Positions 44,976-53,190 of a DNA stretch of 64,000 nt are shown piece by piece; position 1 is the stretch's first letter; each line of letters begins with the position of its first letter. This DNA comes from Bacteroidia bacterium (lineage in GTDB: Bacteria; Bacteroidota; Bacteroidia; 2-12-FULL-35-15): positions 192,291-256,290 of the forward strand of contig DASVUX010000011.1 in the NCBI GenBank assembly GCA_036386835.1, in the 5' to 3' direction. Under the pieces are notes generated by a model. The model was given only the letters and a program-made list of their open reading frames with translations. It did not search any database and was not told where the DNA came from. The position numbers were made by a program, and so were the translations under genes.

Positions 44976-45008
44976 AAAAAAGCCATCGCTTTTTGCAATG
45001 GCTTTTTA
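44976..45008 (-). terminator. rho-independent terminator after the LytTR response regulator gene (usable bidirectionally)
   Basis: Hairpin aagccatcgc-ttttt-gcaatggctt flanked by an A-run and a T-run. 19 bp downstream of the stop at 45027. Confidence 0.55.
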
Positions 45009-45026
45009 TGAGTGGTTCCCTGGTTT

Positions 45027-45779
45027 TTAAACCATGTTCAATCTTTTTGACAGATCATCTTTATAAGAGCCCCCGATCGGGATCAGCTTTTTGTCTTCTT
45101 CAAGAATCAGGTTTGGCTGTTCGATCGCAACGATCTTATCGATGCGCACAATGAATGAACGGTGAACCCTGATGAAATCACTTGCAGGTAATTTCTTCTC
45201 TATATCCTTCATTGTAGAATGTATGGTGTAGCGCGCGCTTGCAGTATTGATCACGACATAATCCTTAAGCGCTTCCACAAAATAAATATCGCTTGTTTTC
45301 ACTTTTACAAGCCTTGAATTCGACTTAACAAAAATTATATCCTTCGATTCTTTATTTTCAACTATCGAATAAAGAAAATCGCGTTCCTTTTTAACATCCG
45401 TTTCTTTCTCATGCTTGTAGATCGCCATTTCAATAGATGTATGCAGATCGATCTCTTTAAAAGGCTTGATGATATATCCGTAGGGTTCTGAAACTTTTGC
45501 CTTGCTTAATGTGCTTTCATCAGCATATGCAGTAAGGTAAATCACAGGGATGTTGAATTTTTCACGGATCTGGCCTGCTGCTTCAATGCCGCTCATATCG
45601 CCTTTAAGCATGATGTCCATCAGGACAAGGTCCGGTTTAACTTCTTCCGCTGTACGGATAGCGTCTTCACCGGTAGAACACATTCCAACCACAGTATAAC
45701 CGAGTTTTTTCAAGCTGTGCTGAATGTCTTTTGCTACTATGCTTTCGTCTTCAACTATTAGAATATTTGTTTTTGACAT
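45027..45779 (-). CDS. LytTR-family two-component response regulator (LytR/AlgR type)
   Basis: Receiver domain NILIVEDE...DLVLMDIMLKGDMSG...IKPF, and a C-terminal LytTR DNA-binding domain (FVKSNSRLVKVKTSDIYFVEALKDYVVINT...FIRVHRSFIV). Confidence 0.85.
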   Translation of the reverse strand: MSKTNILIVEDESIVAKDIQHSLKKLGYTVVGMCSTGEDAIRTAEEVKPDLVLMDIMLKGDMSGIEAAGQIREKFNIPVIYLTAYADESTLSKAKVSEPYGYIIKPFKEIDLHTSIEMAIYKHEKETDVKKERDFLYSIVENKESKDIIFVKSNSRLVKVKTSDIYFVEALKDYVVINTASARYTIHSTMKDIEKKLPASDFIRVHRSFIVRIDKIVAIEQPNLILEEDKKLIPIGGSYKDDLSKRLNMV

Positions 45780-45782
45780 CTT

Positions 45783-48700
45783 CTATATGCGGTTTTTTAC
45801 TTGATTCTGTTTAAATATGATCGTGTACTTTGTGCCGTTGGATGAATCCATCTCAATACTGCCGTTCAACTGGTCGGTCAAAGTTACAACTAATTGTAAT
45901 CCGAGCGACTGTGTATTCCTGTAATCTATTTCCTTCGGAAGGCCTATGCCGTTATCAGCGACTTCCAGCACAAGGTTCTCCTTATCCAGGACCATTTTTA
46001 CCGAGATCTCCCCTTCGCCTTTTTTATCGACAAATGCATATTTTAATGCGTTGGAAACGATCTCGTTAATGATCAATCCACATGGAATAGCCAGGTCTAA
46101 ATTAAGAAAAACATTTTGAATGTCAAGACTTAATTTTATTTCCTTGTCAAAATTAGAATACGATTGTATCAGGTTATGAGAAAGATTAACCACATATTCG
46201 GAAAAGTTAATGCTGGAAAAATCTTTTGTCTGGTATAAACTTTCATGGATAAATGCCATTGACTTTATCCGATTCTGGCTTTCCTTCAGTATATTAAGTG
46301 TTCCCTGGTCCTTCACGTATGATGACTGCAGGTTCAGGATGCTTGATATTACCTGGAGATTATTCTTCACGCGGTGATGTACTTCTTTGAGCAACACCTC
46401 TTTTTCCTGGAGCGACTGTTTAATCTTTTCCTCGGCAAGCTTTTTCTCCGTTATATCATTTCCTATCCCGGATATTTCCCTCACATTGCCGTTCTCGTCA
46501 AAGATCGGGTTAAGATAGATCTCGCGCCAAACAACGTCTCCGTTACGGTCTACCAGCTTTGTTTCAAAATGCTGGCGTTCGCCCCGTAATGCAGCTTTGT
46601 CTTTCTGAACCCAGAAATTATTATAATCGTTTGATGTGAGCATTTCGTCAGCAGCCATGTTTAAACCGATAAAAACTTCGGTGTTATAATGCTTCTTAAA
46701 AAAATGTGCGAAGTTCTTATTATAGGAGGTGAGGCACAAATTGGTATCAAGGGTCCAGATCACATGTGAACTGCTTTCGAAAACTGCATTCAGTTTTGCT
46801 GACTGCCCTCGTAATTGTTCCTCCGCCTGCTTGAGCTCCGAGATATCACGCGAAACACCCATTGCCCCAACAATTTCCCCGACTTCATTCCGGAGTACCG
46901 AAGCGGATAAAAATGCAGTGAAGCGCTCACCGTTTTTCCGGATATTACTTACTTCTCCTGAATAAACCCCTGTTTTAAACAGCTTCTCATCAGTTATCTG
47001 GACTCGTTGCTTTGGGTCTTCATAAAGCATGCTTACGTGCTTTCCGATCACTTCCTCGGGACTGTAGCCAAACGTGCGCTGCGCTGCAGCATTGAATTCA
47101 GTAATAAACCCATCCTTATCAGAGGCGCAGATCATATCAAGTGAGCTTTCTATCAGCAGCCGTGTGTATTTCTGGGATTCCTGCAGCTGTAGCTGGATGA
47201 CCTTCCGTTTGGTGATCTCCTGTTCAAGCAATTCGTTTGTTTCCTCAGCGATCTGCGCGCGCATCTGTTCCTTTACGAGCTGCTTCTGTGTGGATATGTC
47301 ATGTACTACTGTTAAAACTGCATCTTTACCATTAAATTTAATGAGGATCGGCTTGGTCTCCACTTCTCTTATTTCACCTGATAGGGTTTTAATTTTTATT
47401 TCGGTGAACTCCTGGGGTTCGCCTGCAATGACTTTACTAATCCGGCTCAGGATAGTTGGCTTGTATTCCGGGAGAAGGAAATCGAAGAGAGAATAGTTCA
47501 GGGCCTCTTCAGGATCCCTTATTCCTACAAGCCTTGTAGCGCTTGGATTTGCAAATACAACTTTACCGTTAATGTGTATAAAGACGCCATCTGGTGAATA
47601 ATCGACAAGGCTCTTGTAGTTCTCCCTGCTGCGTTTCAGTTCCACCTCGAATTTCTGACGGTCCGTGGCATCTATAATAAACCCTTCCAGGAACAAAAGA
47701 TCGCCATCTTCTGAAAAAACCCCCTCCCCTTTTTCCCATACCCATTTCACTTCATCATTAGCTGTCTTTATCTTATACGAAAGCACGTAAGGTTTTTTGC
47801 GCTCAAGCGCTGATGCAACCTTTGCTCTTACCTTCTGCCTGTCTTCCGGCATAATCAGGTCATTGTATGCGACCTTTTTATTGTGGATCATATCAACCGG
47901 CCTGTAACCTGTTAATTCCGCACAGCCCTTGCTTACAAACAACATTGTCCAGGAACCGTCAAAGTTACACCGGTAGGCCATACCCGGCAGGTTATTCATT
48001 AATGTAGAAAGTGTCCGTTCGCTTTCACGAAGGCTGGTCTCATATTGTTTGCGTTCTGTAATATTATAAATAACAGTTGCTTTGATCGTCTTTCCGAAAT
48101 AGGGGATGTTCTGTGCTTTTGTTTCCACGGTCATTATAGCTCCATCCTTCCTTACGGTTTGCACTTCAAATGGCTCGGACTTAGGAAGTCGTGAGAATTT
48201 TTTGGCCATGCTTCTCTGTTCGGGAATGACGAAATCATCAACAACATCTTTCCCAAGTATTTCATTCACATGATTATAGCCGTACATTTTCAGGAACTGA
48301 TCATTCGCATCAATGATGCGGCCGTGTTCAGAAAAAACGATCCCTTCAAAGGTTGCATTCGAAAGTATCTTAAATCTTTCTTCGCTTTCCTTCTGCTGGG
48401 TGATGTCCCTGGAAATCCCTTCAATTGCAATAATTTTTCCTTCACTGTTCCTTACTGGCGTGTTTACAGTTTCTGTCCAGACAGCTGTACCATCCTTGCG
48501 GATCCAGCGAAGTTTAATGTTAGGTTCACGTACATTATTGATCGGCCGGTTCTCAAAAATAAGCTTCTCCGAATCCCCGAGAATGTGCCGGTCCTCGGGA
48601 TGAATGATCTTAAAGCCAAGGTTGGGGTCCTTATAAAAATCTTCCGGAGTATAACCGGTAAGATTATAAATAGAAGGGCTCACATATCCATATCGTGGTG

Positions 48701-50045
48701 CGGGGCGGAGTTCAAAACGATAAACTACATCAAGCGCATTCTCTGCAAGCATCCTGAATTTTTCTTCACTTTCCTTCAGCTGGCGCTCTGCATTTATCTG
48801 AGCGCTGACATCTCTCACCAGCCCGAAATTCCCAATGTGATTACCTGATGCGTCTATCTGGGGCGTGATCCTTTCTTCGATCCAGATGTATTCTTTTTTT
48901 GAACGGTGATAAAACCTGTAAACAAACTCCTGCGGCTTCCTTGTTCTCCTTAGGTCCTTCGCAACTTTTCTTATTTTATCTATATCATCCGGGTGGCATA
49001 ATGCTACAAGTGTATCCCCTGATTTCTCATATTCTTTAGGTGTTACATCAAGGATTTGTTTTATCTGCCTGCTGAGATACTTTACTCTTCTTTTCCCTTC
49101 CGGCAAAAACTCAATGTAATAAACCAGTTCCAAAATATTATTCAGGACCTGTGAAAGATCCTCGCGGCTTTGTTTTAAAATATCCTCATTCTTCTTCCGC
49201 TCTGTAACATCCCTTGTGATTCCTTCTATTGCGACCATCCTGCCTTTACTGTCGTGCACAGGTATGTTCACGCTTTCGATCCAAACCACTTTCTTATCTT
49301 TCCGGATACTTCTGAAAAGCACCGGGGGCAATACAGCTCCGCGCTTTGCCTTTGCGATCTTTGCATTGTTGGCATCAGCAATTACCCGGTCCTCCGGGTG
49401 AATTATCCTGGTGCCCAGCATCGGGTCCTTATAATATTCGCCCTGAGAATATCCCGTGATCTTTTTAACTGAGGGACTGATAAATTCACATGCAAAGTCC
49501 GGGTACACCCGGTAGCGGTAAATAATATCTGCTGCATTCTGTGCAAGCATCCTGAATTTTTCCTCGTTCTGTGAAAGCTTCTCCTTCGCCTCTACTTCTT
49601 TGGTTATATTGGTTGCTTCAACAATTACTGCAGCGATTTTTTTATTTTCATACAGCGGTGTTGCTTTACAGGAAAAAACAGCGGCCTTTCCGGAAACAGA
49701 GTACGCTCTGGTCATGTATTCCCTGGACTTCCCGGTTTTAAAAACGGAGGTGATGGCGTTGCGCACAAGAGCGCGCGATTCCGGGAACACAAGATCAAAA
49801 GCCTTTTTACCAAGCACATCACTTTTTTTCCGGCCCTTCCCGGTTTTATTGACATCAAGAATGTTTAGCTTATGATCAACAACAGCAACAGTATTACCGG
49901 AGTGCTTAAAAACGCTTAGCCAGGGAACTCCTGCAACCTTTTTTTTGGAAACGGTGGCCTTATCCCTGTTTTTTGAATCAAGCCTTCGCTGAAGCTTTTT
50001 GAGTTCGGCAATAAGCTCTGATTTGGTTTTAGAGGAGAGAGGCAT
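45783..50045 (-). CDS. cytoplasmic multi-PAS/PAC sensor histidine kinase with HisKA_2-type phospho-acceptor and HATPase domains (1420 aa)
   Basis: No TM segments. At least seven PAS/PAC-like modules (repeated ..GxxxWxxxVNTPVxxxxGKIIAIEGISRDITExK.. blocks). H-box EVHHRVKNNLQVISSILNLQ is characteristic of HisKA_2. The C-terminal ATP-binding G-boxes include DNGIGLP. The start is 3 bp after the MORN gene stop, and the stop is 3 bp before the LytTR regulator start. Confidence 0.85.
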   Translation of the reverse strand: MPLSSKTKSELIAELKKLQRRLDSKNRDKATVSKKKVAGVPWLSVFKHSGNTVAVVDHKLNILDVNKTGKGRKKSDVLGKKAFDLVFPESRALVRNAITSVFKTGKSREYMTRAYSVSGKAAVFSCKATPLYENKKIAAVIVEATNITKEVEAKEKLSQNEEKFRMLAQNAADIIYRYRVYPDFACEFISPSVKKITGYSQGEYYKDPMLGTRIIHPEDRVIADANNAKIAKAKRGAVLPPVLFRSIRKDKKVVWIESVNIPVHDSKGRMVAIEGITRDVTERKKNEDILKQSREDLSQVLNNILELVYYIEFLPEGKRRVKYLSRQIKQILDVTPKEYEKSGDTLVALCHPDDIDKIRKVAKDLRRTRKPQEFVYRFYHRSKKEYIWIEERITPQIDASGNHIGNFGLVRDVSAQINAERQLKESEEKFRMLAENALDVVYRFELRPAPRYGYVSPSIYNLTGYTPEDFYKDPNLGFKIIHPEDRHILGDSEKLIFENRPINNVREPNIKLRWIRKDGTAVWTETVNTPVRNSEGKIIAIEGISRDITQQKESEERFKILSNATFEGIVFSEHGRIIDANDQFLKMYGYNHVNEILGKDVVDDFVIPEQRSMAKKFSRLPKSEPFEVQTVRKDGAIMTVETKAQNIPYFGKTIKATVIYNITERKQYETSLRESERTLSTLMNNLPGMAYRCNFDGSWTMLFVSKGCAELTGYRPVDMIHNKKVAYNDLIMPEDRQKVRAKVASALERKKPYVLSYKIKTANDEVKWVWEKGEGVFSEDGDLLFLEGFIIDATDRQKFEVELKRSRENYKSLVDYSPDGVFIHINGKVVFANPSATRLVGIRDPEEALNYSLFDFLLPEYKPTILSRISKVIAGEPQEFTEIKIKTLSGEIREVETKPILIKFNGKDAVLTVVHDISTQKQLVKEQMRAQIAEETNELLEQEITKRKVIQLQLQESQKYTRLLIESSLDMICASDKDGFITEFNAAAQRTFGYSPEEVIGKHVSMLYEDPKQRVQITDEKLFKTGVYSGEVSNIRKNGERFTAFLSASVLRNEVGEIVGAMGVSRDISELKQAEEQLRGQSAKLNAVFESSSHVIWTLDTNLCLTSYNKNFAHFFKKHYNTEVFIGLNMAADEMLTSNDYNNFWVQKDKAALRGERQHFETKLVDRNGDVVWREIYLNPIFDENGNVREISGIGNDITEKKLAEEKIKQSLQEKEVLLKEVHHRVKNNLQVISSILNLQSSYVKDQGTLNILKESQNRIKSMAFIHESLYQTKDFSSINFSEYVVNLSHNLIQSYSNFDKEIKLSLDIQNVFLNLDLAIPCGLIINEIVSNALKYAFVDKKGEGEISVKMVLDKENLVLEVADNGIGLPKEIDYRNTQSLGLQLVVTLTDQLNGSIEMDSSNGTKYTIIFKQNQVKNRI

Positions 50046-50048
50046 ATT

Positions 50049-51602
50049 TTATTTGATGCTTGGCTCTGAGGTAGGCGTTTCGGGTGTTACTTTAACCCCG
50101 TCAAAACGGATTTCAATATCATTCTTAAAAAGTATTGTCAGGAAAAGGAAACCCGACTCATCATAAAACTTCCAATCCCCTTCTTTTAATCCGCCAACAT
50201 ACTTTCCTGTCTGCCTTTCTTTCCCGTTCGGATAGTAGAATGTCTGTAACCCGTCAGGAATGCCGTCAATGAACTTTCCTGAAAAGCGTAATTTCCCGGT
50301 TGAGGTGTAATAATGTTTCCACTCTCCATCGCGTCTGTCGGCCTTATAGCTGCCTTCTTCCCTGTAGTCAGGAGCTTCCAGCACCCAGGGCCCTTCTTTT
50401 AAACCATCAATGTATTCGCCCTTCGTGATTATTTTTGCACTGTCAGGACCAGCATCGCTGTATTCGGTCATCATGCCATCCTGGAGATCATTCCGGTAAT
50501 TCTCTTCCCTTAAGAGATTGCCGCTTTCATAGTACCACTTCCAGATTCCCTGGGCCTTGCCCTTTTTATCATATTTCCCTTTCTGCTCCACTTTACCGTT
50601 TGCATGATAGAAGACCCATTCGCCAATCCTTTTTCCGTTGAGATATTCGCCTTTTGATTTAACCTGACCGTTCGGGTGATACTCCACCCATGGCCCCTGC
50701 TGCCGGCCCGCTGTATCAAGGATTCCTTCACCGGTTAATACTCCTTCGGAATACATTTTAGCCCCAATCACTTTTCCTTCGGGAGAGAACTCCCGCTGTA
50801 TGCCTTCTGCCACACCATCCTTATACGTTGCAGTGAATTTAACCGATCCATTATCGTGATAGGTTGTTTTAACATCCAGCTTCGCCAGTTCGGGAGCATT
50901 CGTCTGAAGAACCCCGTTAATGTATTTGGTGGTATTTACAAGACTCCCTTTGGGTGAGTATTCTTTGAGATAACCGTTCATCTTGTCATCGGAGTAAGTC
51001 ACTTCCGTTTTGATCACACCTGTAGGATAGAAGGTTTTCCACATCCCCTGTTTCAGCCCGTTTGCATCCTTCCGGTTGATCTTTTCCTCTTTCTGCACAA
51101 AGCCCATTTTGTATTGGGTGATCGTTATAATGGTGCTGTCGGGCGCATACTCATATCCGGCCCCTTCCTCTTTACCCGCTACAAACGGAATCGTTTGCTT
51201 TACCTTTCCATCCTTATAATAATTCACCGTATTACCCTGCTTTACATCATTCTCGTAATTTTCTGCAGTGACTACAACCCCTTCTTTTGTATCATAGATT
51301 TTCTTAGGGCCATTCTTCTTTCCTTCCGTGTAATTGAATTCAAAAGCAAGTTTGCCCTGCTCATTGTAGAAACGCCAGGTACTATCGAGCATGAAATTCT
51401 TCCGGTTGCCTTCCGATTTAAGCTTCCCGGTTTGAGAATACGTTTTCCAATAGCCGTCCGGCTTACCGTCTTTCATCGGGCCTTCGCTGGAAACTACCCC
51501 ATTATCATAATAGAATTTATTATAGCCGTTGGGATTGGTTGGTACCTGTGCGTATAAACACACAGGTAAAAACAATAAGAGCAGTCTGAATATGCTTTTC
51601 AT
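50049..51602 (-). CDS. secreted MORN-repeat protein (YwqK-like repeat family)
   Basis: Signal peptide MKSIFRLLLLFLPVCLYAQ. More than 15 degenerate ~23-aa repeats of the form G.W..YY.NG.L...G.Y..G...G.W. Confidence 0.7.
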   Translation of the reverse strand: MKSIFRLLLLFLPVCLYAQVPTNPNGYNKFYYDNGVVSSEGPMKDGKPDGYWKTYSQTGKLKSEGNRKNFMLDSTWRFYNEQGKLAFEFNYTEGKKNGPKKIYDTKEGVVVTAENYENDVKQGNTVNYYKDGKVKQTIPFVAGKEEGAGYEYAPDSTIITITQYKMGFVQKEEKINRKDANGLKQGMWKTFYPTGVIKTEVTYSDDKMNGYLKEYSPKGSLVNTTKYINGVLQTNAPELAKLDVKTTYHDNGSVKFTATYKDGVAEGIQREFSPEGKVIGAKMYSEGVLTGEGILDTAGRQQGPWVEYHPNGQVKSKGEYLNGKRIGEWVFYHANGKVEQKGKYDKKGKAQGIWKWYYESGNLLREENYRNDLQDGMMTEYSDAGPDSAKIITKGEYIDGLKEGPWVLEAPDYREEGSYKADRRDGEWKHYYTSTGKLRFSGKFIDGIPDGLQTFYYPNGKERQTGKYVGGLKEGDWKFYDESGFLFLTILFKNDIEIRFDGVKVTPETPTSEPSIK

Positions 51603-51758
51603 AATTTATCTTCTATACAAATTTAATCAAAAATGCAGCGGTTTCAAAACAGAAGAAGCTCCTCATCTGATTTTTCCTGCTTTTTTAACGTCTTTTGCAA
51701 TGTCATTAATTTCAGGTCTTTCAGAATAATGTTATACTTTTATAAAAAACAACGTACC

Positions 51759-52865
51759 ATGTTACGATTAAAATTTTTAGTGCCGGGGTTATTATGTTCG
51801 GGGCTATGTGCAGCCCAGATCACCATTACCGCTGCTGACATTGCGAATGCCGGGGATACATTACGTGTTAGCACCCTGTCCACAACCCAGGGAATTAACC
51901 ATACTTTAACCGGGCCGGGATATACATGGGATTTTTCAAGCCTTCAACCTGATATGCAGCGATTTGAAAAATTTGACGCACCATCCGCCTTTCCCTCTCC
52001 GTACAACCTTCTTTTTAATCCCGCGAATACTTCTTATGGTAAAGTGAATTATCAGAACATAGGTTCTGTTTTTCCGGGATTCAGCATTGATGCGGATTAC
52101 GATTTTTTCAAGGAAACAGCTGTCATGCTGCGCCAGAACGGTATTGGCTATGTGCTGAACGGCATACCGGTGCCAATGAATTACTCCATGCCTGATACCA
52201 TTTATGAATTTCCTGTTGAGTTCGGGGATACAACGAGCGGAGATTATAAATTTTCAACCCCTTCGTTTGCAGCCATTCCGTTCTATTATGGTGAAGTAGG
52301 CCACCGTGAAAGTGTTGTGGATGGATGGGGAGATCTCATTACTCCTTTCGGCACATTCCCTTCTTTGAGGGTCCGTGCTGTGATCACCGCTACAGATTCT
52401 CTTTACATCGATACTCTTGGTTTCGGTGTTTCGATCCCACGGCCTCCAAGGTTTGAATACAAATGGCTTGCAGCAGGATCAAAGGTGCCGCTGTTACAGG
52501 TGGATGCAACAGATGCGGGAGGGTCTGAAATTGTAACAGGTGTGTTTTACCGTGACAGCGTGCGGAATGTGCCACAGGTAGGCATCCAGGAAATTTACAC
52601 GATGAGCGGTTTTTCTGTTTCCCCGAACCCCTGCTCTGAGACAGCTGTTATAAATTATAGTTTAAACGGTTACGCTAAAGTAAAGATCAGCATCTCTAAT
52701 ACCCTCGGCCAGGTTGTTTCCGTTATCTCGGATGAAAAGCTGCAAGCAGGGAAACAAGCTCTGACAATAGATGTTAAGTCGCTGGGACTTGAAAGTGGGA
52801 TTTATTTTGTGACGCTGGAAAGCGGGAATAAAAGGGACGTAAAGAGGCTGGTGGTTGGGAAGTAA
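51759..52865 (+). CDS. secreted protein with type-A T9SS C-terminal sorting domain; N-terminal domain of unknown function
   Basis: The start is refined to MLRLKFLVPGLLCSGLCAAQ (ATG at 51759). The longer ORF from 51633 has no signal peptide. The C-terminal ~85 aa SGFSVSPNPCSETAVINYSLNGYAKVKISISNTLGQVVSVISDEKLQAGKQALTIDVKSLGLESGIYFVTLESGNKRDVKRLVVGK fits Por_Secre_tail. Confidence 0.65.
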   Translation: MLRLKFLVPGLLCSGLCAAQITITAADIANAGDTLRVSTLSTTQGINHTLTGPGYTWDFSSLQPDMQRFEKFDAPSAFPSPYNLLFNPANTSYGKVNYQNIGSVFPGFSIDADYDFFKETAVMLRQNGIGYVLNGIPVPMNYSMPDTIYEFPVEFGDTTSGDYKFSTPSFAAIPFYYGEVGHRESVVDGWGDLITPFGTFPSLRVRAVITATDSLYIDTLGFGVSIPRPPRFEYKWLAAGSKVPLLQVDATDAGGSEIVTGVFYRDSVRNVPQVGIQEIYTMSGFSVSPNPCSETAVINYSLNGYAKVKISISNTLGQVVSVISDEKLQAGKQALTIDVKSLGLESGIYFVTLESGNKRDVKRLVVGK

Positions 52866-53190
52866 CGTGTCATTTCGAACGGAACAACGTGAAAGAGAAA
52901 TCTCATTATAAAAGATTTCTCCTTATAGTCGAAATGACAAATAAGCAACGGGTTAACCTCTGCTCATATTATCACCTTGGAGAGATTCCGTCTCGCAGCA
53001 CGGAATGACGATCATACTGCATCCTGTCTGTCATTTCGAACGGAACAACGTGAAGAGAGAAATCTCATTATAAAAGATTTCTCCTTATAGTCGAAATGAC
53101 AAATAAGCAACCGGTTTACTCTGCTCATATTATCACCTTGGAGAGATTCTGCCTGCAATACAGAATGTGCGGTCTGCGCAAACAGCTTAT
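52866..53190. repeat. tandem duplication of a ~161-bp structured intergenic element (two copies, each with nested hairpins)
   Basis: Copy 1 is about 52869-53029 and copy 2 about 53030-53190; the first ~135 nt are near-identical. Each copy holds an outer 10-bp stem gtcatttcga...tcgaaatgac that encloses an inner 9-bp hairpin gagaaatct-cattataaa-agatttctc. Each also has a 3-prime hairpin whose sequence differs between copies but keeps pairing (attccgt..acggaat versus attctg..cagaat). Confidence 0.6.

Noticed and set aside
51633-51758. Extended N-terminus of the type-A cargo ORF (MQRFQNRRSSSSDF...)
   Set aside because: The extension lacks a signal peptide and runs into the divergent promoter region. 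The internal ATG at 51759 gives a canonical signal peptide that a T9SS substrate requires.
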